Source: an archaeon
GTDB lineage: Archaea; B1Sed10-29; WALL01
Length of the DNA stretch: 16,582 nucleotides
Assembly (NCBI GenBank): GCA_042584585.1
Contig: JBHOSQ010000016.1
Coordinates: forward strand, 1-16,582
Direction of reading: 5' to 3'
Part shown: one piece after another, positions 8,719 to 15,730 of the stretch
Layout: every line of letters starts with the position of its first letter
Numbering within the stretch: the stretch's first letter is position 1
Program-made: the position numbers and the translations under genes
Notes under the pieces: generated by a model
Seen by the model: only the letters and a program-made list of their open reading frames with translations
What the model was told of the DNA's origin: nothing
Databases searched by the model: none

Positions 8719-8744
8719 GCTTTAAAGCCTTAAGCATAAATACC
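8719..8744. promoter_or_regulatory. Back-to-back TATA boxes of divergent genes
   Basis: GCTTTAAAGC lies 22 nt before ATG 8698 (-), and CATAAATA (8735-8742) lies 24 nt before ATG 8767 (+). Confidence 0.55.
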
Positions 8745-8766
8745 CAGTTTTGCATAACTTTGTTCA

Positions 8767-10029
8767 ATGAACAAAAGGCGTGTAAAGCCGGGCAAGAAAG
8801 CGCCCGAGACGTATTCTTTCGCCGAGAACGGCTTGCTGACCCCGAAGCGCTACAAGAAGCTCGACAATTTCCTGAAGTTCTGGAACAACCGGCGCCCGGT
8901 CCGCTGGGTGCATGGGTTCGCCATAAAACGGCATCACGCCGAGGAGCGCCTGGACAAGGAAGGCAAGCACGTACAGGCCCGTTTGAGTGGGCTAGCCAGT
9001 GGGGTCGCAACACACATTTTTCCCCCGCCAATGGACGCCAAGCGGTTCGCGCTAATGTTACTCGGCGGAAAAAAGGGCTGGGCCGAGGCCCATGACATAA
9101 AGGAAAAACAGCGGGAGCCAACCCCCCAGATGCTCAAAAACATAAAGGCCGAGCTTGACTACATCAAGAAAAAGAATGAGTGGCATTTCGAGGGCGAAGA
9201 CATACGCACGGTCAGAAAGATAAAAAACCGGATTGCAAGGAGGCGCGCCAAAGCCAAGTGGATGATGGGCCACCAGGTTTACTGGGGCAGCTTGTTGGTG
9301 GGGGCTGTGTTGCCCACCACAGGCCTGGCAGAAGTGGCGACCCAAAGCGGCAGGATAATCGCACAAGAGGCACTTGTTGGGGCCGGAGAAGTTGCCCTGG
9401 AAACTGCCCTTGAGGAGGGTTCGGTTCGGCTCACGGAGGCAGGCGTTAAGGAATTGACCGACGCCGAGCGCATGGAGCACAAGAGCACGCTTGAAACCAA
9501 GTACCTCGAGCACAGAGTGGGTGTGGCCTTGGGCTACATACCCTCGCTTAAGAGCAGAATCAAGAATTTCCCGTCGTGGTTCCGCAGGCAACAAATCGGC
9601 AGTGGCCTTTCGAGCGGCGAGCTCACCCCAATCCATCCCGACACCAAAGAAAAGCGCGGCGATGGGTTTGTGTTTTACTACAACCACGAAAAGGACCCGC
9701 CAACTGTTTCCGTTTATTCCCTCCAGAATAAGGGGCACAACTACAAAGTGCTCGGGAAAGACGTGCGCGTCAAGGGGATGAGGGTGAAGATCCGGTTCGG
9801 CCCGGAGGGGGGGCTGCACGCGGAAGGCTCAAGCGAAGTCACCAAAACCTTTACTTTGAAGCACGGCACGGTGGACTACTTGCCGCCGGAGGCAGAGAAG
9901 GACTTGGACAAATACGTGCTTAGGCAGGTGGGGTTCGCCGAGACCAACAAAAAAGAGAAGCAGAAGCTGGCCGATAAAATCATGAACAAGCTGGGCAAGC
10001 ACTTGATGGTTTCCAAGCGCTCGCGCTAA
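8767..10029 (+). CDS. Hypothetical Lys/Arg-rich 420-aa protein
   Basis: Long ORF with ATG start and a TATA box at typical distance. One mildly hydrophobic segment (VYWGSLLVGAVLPTTGLA). No family recognised. Confidence 0.75.
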   Translation: MNKRRVKPGKKAPETYSFAENGLLTPKRYKKLDNFLKFWNNRRPVRWVHGFAIKRHHAEERLDKEGKHVQARLSGLASGVATHIFPPPMDAKRFALMLLGGKKGWAEAHDIKEKQREPTPQMLKNIKAELDYIKKKNEWHFEGEDIRTVRKIKNRIARRRAKAKWMMGHQVYWGSLLVGAVLPTTGLAEVATQSGRIIAQEALVGAGEVALETALEEGSVRLTEAGVKELTDAERMEHKSTLETKYLEHRVGVALGYIPSLKSRIKNFPSWFRRQQIGSGLSSGELTPIHPDTKEKRGDGFVFYYNHEKDPPTVSVYSLQNKGHNYKVLGKDVRVKGMRVKIRFGPEGGLHAEGSSEVTKTFTLKHGTVDYLPPEAEKDLDKYVLRQVGFAETNKKEKQKLADKIMNKLGKHLMVSKRSR

Positions 10030-10059
10030 CCTTGTTAACCCCTACCAGAAGCAGGTGTC

Positions 10060-10257
10060 TTACTCGGAAATCTTCTCTACCTTGGTTGCCTTGGGCCCTT
10101 TGGGGCTTTCGGCCGGCTCGAAATTGACTTCGTCGCCCTCGTTCAGCCTAACGCCTTCTTCGAGGTCGTTGATGTGCACGAAGATGTCGCTTCCGTCTTC
10201 TTTTTCAATGAAGCCGAAGCCCTTCGTCGAATTAAACCACTTAACTTTGCCTTTCAT
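10060..10257 (-). CDS. cspA: Cold-shock protein (CspA family)
   Basis: MKGKVKWFNSTKGFGFI (RNP1), DIFVHI (RNP2), L.EGDEVNFE...SPKGPKATKV. SD AAGGAG upstream and TTTATAAA at 10298-10305. Confidence 0.97.
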   Translation of the reverse strand: MKGKVKWFNSTKGFGFIEKEDGSDIFVHINDLEEGVRLNEGDEVNFEPAESPKGPKATKVEKISE

Positions 10258-10345
10258 TTAGAAAAACTCCTTATCGCGCAGGTTAAGCTCCCGTTCCTTT
10301 ATAAAGCTAATGCCTTTTTATAGGAAAAACGTGTTTCTGGTTGCC

Positions 10346-10594
10346 ATGAACAAAAAGCTCGTTCCCGCCCTCGTCTTCATGATTGCCGCCCTCATCGTGT
10401 TCGCCGTGCTATTGAACGTGGAAGTCGTCCAGTGCGTGTTCGGCGGCAGCCCCATTGGCCTGGAGGGGTGCATGTTCACGGGCAACGCGGCAAAAATCGC
10501 GCTCACCACTGCTTCTTTGATGGGTGCTTTCGTGCTGGCGCTGGCGCTTGTGTGCATTGCCGCGGAGGCACGCGCCGGGACTAAGTGCATTTGA
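10346..10594 (+). CDS. Small two-TM membrane protein
   Basis: MNKKLVPALVFMIAALIVFAVLL...ALTTASLMGAFVLALALVCI. TTTTTATA (10315-10322) lies 23 nt upstream of ATG 10346, favouring it over 10310. Confidence 0.65.
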   Translation: MNKKLVPALVFMIAALIVFAVLLNVEVVQCVFGGSPIGLEGCMFTGNAAKIALTTASLMGAFVLALALVCIAAEARAGTKCI

Positions 10595-10606
10595 CCTGCG
10601 TCGGGA

Positions 10607-11347
10607 TTAGCACTTGACCGTCATGTTGCTGAAGAGTATCCCGCTTTCGTCCGCCTCTATTGCCGTCAACATGTAGTTCCCACTCGTGTAGTCGCATTCC
10701 TCGACCCCGTACTTGAGGTCGTACAGCGTGAACTCCACTTTGCTGTTTTTGCCGACGCCTGGCAGCGTGAACTCGAGGCACGTCTTCAGCACGTTTTTGT
10801 CTTCGTCGACTTCGTACACGCGCGAGAGTGGCTCGCCGGTGGGGTATCCGCCGGTGTTCCACACCTTCATGATGATGCTTCCCTCGTCGCACCGCGCCTC
10901 GACCAAGTTGAGGTAAGTGTACATCGGGCCGGTGTATTCCGGCTCGGGCGTCGGCGTTGGAGTAGGAGTTGGGGTCACGACGGGTGTCGCGGTCGGGAAG
11001 TCTTGCACGACGCTTCCGCCAGCGACTTTTACTTCACTTAGTCCGCCTTCGAGTGAAAAGTGTATTGTGTAGCAGTCTGGGCATTGCATTGCGTCTACCC
11101 GGGTGAGCGTTAAGCCGTCTTTGTTGCCGAGGTAGGTGGCTGCCGCCTTTGCGGCCGCGCGGTGGCCTTCCGCGACTTCCCACTCGCGGGCGCATGCGCC
11201 TATTTCCGTGTTCCACGTGTATCCCGCGGGGCCCAGGCAGCCGTGTTCGTCTGTTTCTCCGCCGATGGGCTGCGCGCCGTTTTCCGGGGCGTCTTCGACG
11301 CATCCCACGGCAAGAATGACCATTAGTACCAGCAACAGTTTCTTCAC
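10607..11347 (-). CDS. Putative lipoprotein with GGxxDEHGC..AGYxW..CxRxWE module and Pro/Thr linker
   Basis: MKKLLLVLMVILAVG/C lipobox, PIGGETDEHGCLGPAGYTWNTEIGACAREWE, TPTPTPTPTPEP linker and a C-terminal beta-rich domain. SD AGGTG before the GTG start. Confidence 0.8.
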   Translation of the reverse strand: MKKLLLVLMVILAVGCVEDAPENGAQPIGGETDEHGCLGPAGYTWNTEIGACAREWEVAEGHRAAAKAAATYLGNKDGLTLTRVDAMQCPDCYTIHFSLEGGLSEVKVAGGSVVQDFPTATPVVTPTPTPTPTPEPEYTGPMYTYLNLVEARCDEGSIIMKVWNTGGYPTGEPLSRVYEVDEDKNVLKTCLEFTLPGVGKNSKVEFTLYDLKYGVEECDYTSGNYMLTAIEADESGILFSNMTVKC

Positions 11348-11405
11348 AATAACACCTTGCCTTTATTATTGGCCCACTTATTTTTTAATCTTTGTTTTTT
11401 TGGGG

Positions 11406-11618
11406 TTAACCCATTCTTTTGAAGCCGTCGAACACCATGAACCCCGACACGGCCGCGATTCCCACGGCGAGGGCAAGGAGCTGCAGTGACTCCACCATCG
11501 CCATTTGCCCGAATCCCACGTATACAATCGCAAAGAAGTTAGTGAATATTGTGGCGAAAAGGATTGTGCCTCCGACGCCAGCCTCGACCATCCCGATTGA
11601 CTTCTTGTCTGTTTTCAT
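11406..11618 (-). CDS. Small two-TM membrane protein
   Basis: 70 aa with two hydrophobic helices. ATG overlaps the upstream gene's TGA (ATGA), indicating translational coupling. Confidence 0.7.
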   Translation of the reverse strand: MKTDKKSIGMVEAGVGGTILFATIFTNFFAIVYVGFGQMAMVESLQLLALAVGIAAVSGFMVFDGFKRMG

Positions 11619-12043
11619 GCCGCGTGCCTTCCCGCCCTCGGCCGTTCCATCGGCGTTTCCTTTCGCCCCCAGTTTCTTTTAGGCGCGGCGGAGCCTTCAT
11701 CGCCGACGTATCCCCTGTATCCTTCGATTCCCTCTTTAAGGCCTTTTACATTCTTGTGGTCAGGGTACTTTCCTTCGGCTATTTTGCACAATCTTTCGAT
11801 TTGTTTAAGGTCCTCGGGCTTCAGTGTGCGTTCCAGCTTGCCTTTACTACCAAGTTTGATGGCGTGGTCTACCTCTTGCTTGAAGTCCATGTCCTTACTG
11901 GATGCCCGGATTTTTTGGGCGAGGTCAATAACCCCTTGTGTGTGGTCTTTGATTAGGCTGCGATAAGTCCCGATGTCTTCTTCTGGCCCTGGCTGGGAAA
12001 AAAGCCTGCTAATAATCTTCTTGCCCCTAGCCATAAACGACAT
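11615..12043 (-). CDS. Hypothetical basic protein
   Basis: 142-aa ORF. Array element copy 1 lies 23 nt upstream of ATG 12043. Confidence 0.7.
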   Translation of the reverse strand: MSFMARGKKIISRLFSQPGPEEDIGTYRSLIKDHTQGVIDLAQKIRASSKDMDFKQEVDHAIKLGSKGKLERTLKPEDLKQIERLCKIAEGKYPDHKNVKGLKEGIEGYRGYVGDEGSAAPKRNWGRKETPMERPRAGRHAA

Positions 12044-12062
12044 AACTATCTTTATTGCGCTC

Positions 12063-12079
12063 GGGAAATAAAAACCCTT
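12063..12079 (-). promoter_or_regulatory. Array element copy 1 (TATA-like TTTTTATT)
   Basis: + strand GGGAAATAAAAACCCTT. AATAAAAA at 12067-12074, 23 nt from ATG 12043 and 6 nt from the stop at 12081. Confidence 0.8.
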
Positions 12080-12080
12080 G

Positions 12081-12329
12081 TCACAGCTTGTTGTAGAGCC
12101 ACACGAAGACGTATGCGGTTACGCCTGCTTCGATGAACCCGTATACTGCCCCAATCACTGCGCCGACGGCGCTGATTGAGTATCCGGGGTACATGTCCAC
12201 AAGAATTCCGAGCAGCATGGCAGCGTCTCCCGTGAGCATCGAGTAAATCGTTGCGATGAAGAGCCAGAGCCCGGTGACCGCGCCGCACGCGAGTGCGAAT
12301 GCGTTTGCGTCAAGCTTTTGCTTTGCCAT
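12081..12329 (-). CDS. Small membrane protein resembling the family usually annotated 'bacteriophage holin'
   Basis: MAKQKLDANAFALACGAVTG...MYPGYSISAVGAVIGAVYGFIEA...FVWLYNKL matches the L...AFALACG...YPGY....G..IG..YGF.D/E....F.WLYN pattern as I recall it. Start ATG 12329 is fixed by element spacing. Confidence 0.7.
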   Translation of the reverse strand: MAKQKLDANAFALACGAVTGLWLFIATIYSMLTGDAAMLLGILVDMYPGYSISAVGAVIGAVYGFIEAGVTAYVFVWLYNKL

Positions 12330-12349
12330 GCCTTTCCCCACTCGCTTCT

Positions 12350-12366
12350 GGAATAAAAACCCTTTA
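12350..12366 (-). promoter_or_regulatory. Array element copy 2
   Basis: GGAATAAAAACCCTTTA, 22 nt from ATG 12329, includes the stop (TTA 12364-12366) of the upstream gene. Confidence 0.85.
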
Positions 12367-12747
12367 GTCAGTTGTTTGTATTTGGGGGTACGGGTTTTTT
12401 TCTTCGGTGGCTTCCGGGTTTTTCGCTGGTTTGCCTTCAGCTATTTTGTATTGGCCGGTCTTGAACAAGTGGCTTTGGTAGTTTAGGTAAACGCCGAACA
12501 ACAAGGTGCCGAGCGCCACGGCCAGAACAATGAACGAGAGGTACATGCCTTGGTCCACGCGCATTTGGACTGTGGCCATTAGGGTGACGATTAGTATGAC
12601 CCACACGATGGTGCTTGCCCGGTAAAAAATGAATGCCTCGCCCGAAAGCCGCTTTGCTTCGGCAGTGGGTATCAAAACGCGCCCGTCGGCAAGCGTCACG
12701 ACTTCTTTTTGCACGGGCATGGTCATAGTGACCGGGCTTATCGACAT
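12364..12747 (-). CDS. Hypothetical two-TM membrane protein
   Basis: 127 aa with hydrophobic segments IVWVILIVTLMA and LSFIVLAVALGTLLFGVYL. Element 22 nt upstream. Confidence 0.7.
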   Translation of the reverse strand: MSISPVTMTMPVQKEVVTLADGRVLIPTAEAKRLSGEAFIFYRASTIVWVILIVTLMATVQMRVDQGMYLSFIVLAVALGTLLFGVYLNYQSHLFKTGQYKIAEGKPAKNPEATEEKNPYPQIQTTD

Positions 12748-12767
12748 GCCGACAAAGAAACGCTTCT

Positions 12768-12782
12768 AGAATAAAAAGCCTA
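12768..12782 (-). promoter_or_regulatory. Array element copy 3
   Basis: (CGCTTCT)AGAATAAAAAGCCTA, 22 nt from ATG 12747, includes the stop at 12780-12782. Confidence 0.8.
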
Positions 12783-12929
12783 TCCGTACTTGCCCCGGCT
12801 TATCGACAGGATACAGTCACAATGTGGGCAGGAGTGCATTACTTCCTGCTTGAGTAGGCCGAACCCCTTTTTTTCTTCTTTGAGCTCGTCGATTTTTATT
12901 TCGATTTTGCAGTACGGACATTTCGCCAT
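12780..12929 (-). CDS. Small zinc-ribbon protein (49 aa, CPxC...CPxC)
   Basis: MAKCPYCK...HSCPHCDCILSISRGKYG. ATG 12929 lies 5 nt downstream of the previous stop, with SD-like AAGTGA. Confidence 0.75.
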   Translation of the reverse strand: MAKCPYCKIEIKIDELKEEKKGFGLLKQEVMHSCPHCDCILSISRGKYG

Positions 12930-12934
12930 TTTAA

Positions 12935-13180
12935 TCACTTCTTTTTCCAGAGGTGCGCAATTAATTGCCCGCCTGCCATGCCCAGCATCCACGTTATCCA
13001 CGGCACGGGGTAGTCAAATCCAGCGAATTCGACCATTCCTATTCCCACGAGCATTCCCACGATTCCACCGACCGCCATTCCGGTTTCCATTGGGTGCAGT
13101 TTGGTGCTTTTGTTTCGGAACAAGTAAAACCCGGCGAGGGTCAGTGCCAACAAGACCAATACCGCAATTAGAATCCACAT
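12935..13180 (-). CDS. Small three-TM membrane protein
   Basis: MWILIAVLVLLALTLAGFYLF...GMAVGGIVGMLVGIGMV...WITWMLGMAGGQLIAHLWKKK. Start ATG 13180 is supported by the element 23 nt upstream; the track's longer ORF overlaps the next gene. Confidence 0.75.
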   Translation of the reverse strand: MWILIAVLVLLALTLAGFYLFRNKSTKLHPMETGMAVGGIVGMLVGIGMVEFAGFDYPVPWITWMLGMAGGQLIAHLWKKK

Positions 13181-13201
13181 GGTTGCCACTAACTCACTTG
13201 T

Positions 13202-13218
13202 GGAATAAAAACCCTTTA
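13202..13218 (-). promoter_or_regulatory. Array element copy 4
   Basis: GGAATAAAAACCCTTTA, 23 nt from ATG 13180, includes the stop at 13216-13218. Confidence 0.85.
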
Positions 13219-13602
13219 CATGCAGACGCAGTCTATTTGCGTGGTTGCTTCGTTGCACGAAAGCGAGCCCAGTGTTTTGCCTTGGCTTTCGCAGTAGCCG
13301 GCACAGGCTTCGGTGACCTCGCTCTTCTGCGCAAAGGTGCCCATTTCGTAGTAGGAGCAGTGCTTGTTTACTTCTGCCCACGTGAGTGGCACGGGCGTGG
13401 GCTCCGGGGTGGGCGTGGCTGTCGCGTTTGGCTCCACGGTTGGCTCAGGGGTTGCTGTTGGAGTGGCAGTCGGAGCCGGTGTTGGCGTCGCCACTGGCGT
13501 CGCCACCGGCGTGGCTATTTGGGTGAAGGTTGGTTCCGGGACTTCTTGGGTGCACCCCGCGAGGGCTACCAAAACAACAACAATGAGCAACGTGGACCGC
13601 AT
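13216..13602 (-). CDS. Putative lipoprotein with Pro/Thr/Ala stalk and small six-Cys C-terminal domain
   Basis: MRSTLLIVVVLVALAG/C lipobox, ATPVATPVATPTPAPTATPTATPEPT linker (12-bp tandem repeat TGGCGTCGCCAC at 13483-13506) and a C..CAGYC..C..CVC tail. Confidence 0.8.
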   Translation of the reverse strand: MRSTLLIVVVLVALAGCTQEVPEPTFTQIATPVATPVATPTPAPTATPTATPEPTVEPNATATPTPEPTPVPLTWAEVNKHCSYYEMGTFAQKSEVTEACAGYCESQGKTLGSLSCNEATTQIDCVCM

Positions 13603-13622
13603 GCCTGTAATTGTGTTTTCGT

Positions 13623-13641
13623 GGAATAAAAAGCCTTGTTA
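13623..13641 (-). promoter_or_regulatory. Array element copy 5
   Basis: GGAATAAAAAGCCTTGTTA, 22 nt from ATG 13602, stop at 13639-13641. Confidence 0.8.
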
Positions 13642-14052
13642 ATGCCCAACGAAAACGGTTTTTACGCCTTGTTTTGCTGCTTCTTCCTGGACTTGGCGGG
13701 ACTGATGGCTTATGTAAAACACGATTAGTTGTATGCCTTCGCTGATTGCTTTGTCAGTGATCTTGGCGACGGCTTCTGGGGTCGCCTGGCCGTCGGTACG
13801 CAGTATTTTCAGGAGCCCTTTTGATTGTAGTTCTGCCAATGAACATTTTTGTCGCTTGGATATTTCCCACATTTCTTTTGTTGTGCCTTGATCCGTCATG
13901 AACAGTGTTTTTGTTCCTGCTTGCGCCGACACAATCGCTTGGACAAACGCTTTTTCCATTCCAGATTCTACGCGCACTTCGGTGCGCGGCTCTGCTTGTG
14001 TTTCGGTGTGTGGCTCGGGCAGTTCTGTTTTCAGAAAGTCAAGGAATCCCAT
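13639..14052 (-). CDS. Hypothetical soluble alpha/beta protein
   Basis: 137 aa with an MGFLDFLK amphipathic N-terminus. Element 23 nt upstream. Confidence 0.7.
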   Translation of the reverse strand: MGFLDFLKTELPEPHTETQAEPRTEVRVESGMEKAFVQAIVSAQAGTKTLFMTDQGTTKEMWEISKRQKCSLAELQSKGLLKILRTDGQATPEAVAKITDKAISEGIQLIVFYISHQSRQVQEEAAKQGVKTVFVGH

Positions 14053-14073
14053 TACGCGGGATTAAGCAGCCAG

Positions 14074-14092
14074 GGAATAAAAACCCGTGTTA
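14074..14092 (-). promoter_or_regulatory. Array element copy 6
   Basis: GGAATAAAAACCCGTGTTA, 23 nt from ATG 14052, stop at 14090-14092. Confidence 0.8.
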
Positions 14093-15022
14093 TTCCTCGA
14101 GCACCCAAACGTAGTGGGTCCCCATTGCTTGGCACTCGTAGTCCTGTCCCTCGTACCTGCATGTGTCTCCTACGTTTTGCCAGCAGGAGTAGCATCGAAT
14201 CCATCCGCGCCCGTCGCCTTGCTTGGCGCACGTGTACCAGTCCGTGCCAACCCCGTATCCAACCATTTTTTCGGTGCATTTCGCGGGATAGCCGTCGTTG
14301 CAGTAAATCAAGCCGGTAACAGTGCCGTTTGCAAGGCATTCGCCTTCCGCGAGGCAGTCCGGCGTGTAACAGTCACTCCAGGCATTGTTGTAGACCGAAT
14401 CGTTTCCTTCCCACTCAATGTCATACCTGCACTCCAGTTCCCCGCATTTTTGCCCCATGTCCAAGGGGCAGTGAAGCGTCATTCCTTCGTCACAGCAGTA
14501 CACCCGGTATAAGGCGTCGGTCTCCCATTGCGTGCCGCTTTCGTGGCACCCGTGTTCGTCTTGGCACTCTGTTTCCTCGCAGCCGTACAACTCTGCTTCC
14601 ATTAGTTTCCACAAGTACGTCGCGTACCGGTTTTGCTGGCCCCAAATGTTCATGTCCGCCCAGTCCGGCTTGGTTTCGAGCCACTTGCTGAACGACATTG
14701 AGTACTCCAGTTCGTCCCTGAACTTGTTGATGCACGCCCTCACGAATTCGTCGTTTTTTGGGTCTGCGGGGCCGCACCCAAGCTCTTCGGCCCACTCGAA
14801 CTTGTCTGTGGGCGGGCTGTAGCCCATGTATCCCGAGTAATCTGGCTCGGCGTAATCAGTTTGGGCCGTCGGCTCGGGGGTTGCGGTGGGAACCGGCGTG
14901 GGCGCGGGCTCTTTCAGCCCGATTGCCACGAGAAAGGCATCGTCCACTGCTTGGCTGACCTCTCCGTATTCAGTGCATCCCGCCAACAACAGGAAAAGAA
15001 GTACAACCACAAGCCCTTTCAT
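14090..15022 (-). CDS. Cys-rich putative lipoprotein
   Basis: MKGLVVVLLFLLLAG/C lipobox, PAPTPVPTATPEPT linker and a C-terminal half dense in Cys, Trp, Tyr and acidic residues. Confidence 0.8.
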   Translation of the reverse strand: MKGLVVVLLFLLLAGCTEYGEVSQAVDDAFLVAIGLKEPAPTPVPTATPEPTAQTDYAEPDYSGYMGYSPPTDKFEWAEELGCGPADPKNDEFVRACINKFRDELEYSMSFSKWLETKPDWADMNIWGQQNRYATYLWKLMEAELYGCEETECQDEHGCHESGTQWETDALYRVYCCDEGMTLHCPLDMGQKCGELECRYDIEWEGNDSVYNNAWSDCYTPDCLAEGECLANGTVTGLIYCNDGYPAKCTEKMVGYGVGTDWYTCAKQGDGRGWIRCYSCWQNVGDTCRYEGQDYECQAMGTHYVWVLEE

Positions 15023-15042
15023 GCTACCAAAAACGCGTTTCT

Positions 15043-15063
15043 GGAATAAAAACCCTTTTATGT
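15043..15063. promoter_or_regulatory. Array element copy 7 (bidirectional)
   Basis: GGAATAAAAACCCTTTTATGT. The minus-strand TTTTTATT is 22 nt from ATG 15022 and the plus-strand TTTTATGT is 23 nt from ATG 15087. Confidence 0.8.
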
Positions 15064-15086
15064 TTTGTGTTTCCTAGTGTTACTCA

Positions 15087-15311
15087 ATGGCTCGTTCGTC
15101 AAGTGCAAAGGTCCGCCAGTTAATGCTTGCCACTGGTGAAGGGGACAAGAACTTCAAGTTTACGGGCGGGGGCAAGTACCCCGGGTGTTTCGGCAAGTAC
15201 CCTGACTGCCCGGAAGAGGCTAAGGCGTTTGCCGGGAACAAGAACAAAGAGGGTTACACAAAAATGGACGCGCCGAGCGGCTGCCGAGTGTGCCCACTGT
15301 TTAAGTGGTGA
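15087..15311 (+). CDS. Small Cys-containing protein (possible metal-binding)
   Basis: 74 aa, KYPGCFGKYPDCPE...APSGCRVCPLFKW (four Cys). The only complete plus-strand gene in the array. Confidence 0.65.
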   Translation: MARSSSAKVRQLMLATGEGDKNFKFTGGGKYPGCFGKYPDCPEEAKAFAGNKNKEGYTKMDAPSGCRVCPLFKW

Positions 15312-15314
15312 CCG

Positions 15315-15500
15315 TCAGTAGCTTGTTTTTTCTATTATGTACAGGAAGTCTATTTTGGCTGTGGCCCCCATTAATTGGAACGTTGGCTTGACGTTCGGGA
15401 TTACGGCCACGACTTCTCCCTTTAGGCTGTTCAGGAATTCTTCTAGCTTTGTTTGGTCTTTGTCCATTTGGATATTAAGGTGGTGTACTTTGTATTTCAT
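15315..15500 (-). CDS. Small hypothetical protein
   Basis: MKYKVHHL...LEEFLNSLKGEVVAVIPNV...DFLYIIEK. ATG start 18 nt after the upstream stop, preceded by purine-rich AAGGAA. Confidence 0.7.
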   Translation of the reverse strand: MKYKVHHLNIQMDKDQTKLEEFLNSLKGEVVAVIPNVKPTFQLMGATAKIDFLYIIEKTSY

Positions 15501-15518
15501 TTGCGTTCAATTCCTTGT

Positions 15519-15692
15519 TTATTTTTTCTTGGTTTTTAAGAAAATCATCGAGCCCAGTGACGCGACTATGAATAGTGCGCCGAGGATTGTGGCGAAGCTC
15601 CCGGCAAACTCGGTTCCCAGCAGCAAGCCAAGCCCAAGCCCCCCAACAACCCCAATCAAAACAGCAGTGTTATCCATTGGTTTCTTTGCCAT
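15519..15692 (-). CDS. Small two-TM membrane protein
   Basis: MAKKPMDNTAVLIGVVGGLGLGLLLGTEF...ILGALFIVASLGSMIFLKTKKK. ATG 15692 is fixed by element spacing. Confidence 0.7.
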   Translation of the reverse strand: MAKKPMDNTAVLIGVVGGLGLGLLLGTEFAGSFATILGALFIVASLGSMIFLKTKKK

Positions 15693-15712
15693 GCCTATCC
15701 ACACTCGCTTCT

Positions 15713-15730
15713 GGAATAAAAACTCTTTTA
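15713..15730 (-). promoter_or_regulatory. Array element copy 8
   Basis: GGAATAAAAACTCTTTTA, 22 nt from ATG 15692, stop at 15728-15730. Confidence 0.85.

Noticed and set aside
8702-9819. Antisense ORFs 8702-9121 and 9058-9819
   Set aside because: Shadows of the 420-aa plus-strand gene, which has a properly placed TATA box.
12780-12929. Zn-ribbon protein as a split N-terminal half of TFB
   Set aside because: The 26-residue spacing between the CxxC pairs and the sequence do not match the TFB zinc ribbon, and small CPxC proteins are common in archaea.
12790-14822. Long plus-strand ORFs such as 12790-13629, 13849-14319 and 14087-14512, and the recurring 'WNKNP' peptide
   Set aside because: They are antisense to genes with signal peptides and promoter elements. 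WNKNP is simply the DNA element translated on the non-coding strand.
14090-15022. Multiheme cytochrome interpretation of the Cys-rich proteins
   Set aside because: No CxxCH motifs are present here or in the pilin-like protein; the Cys residues are more likely disulfide-bonded.
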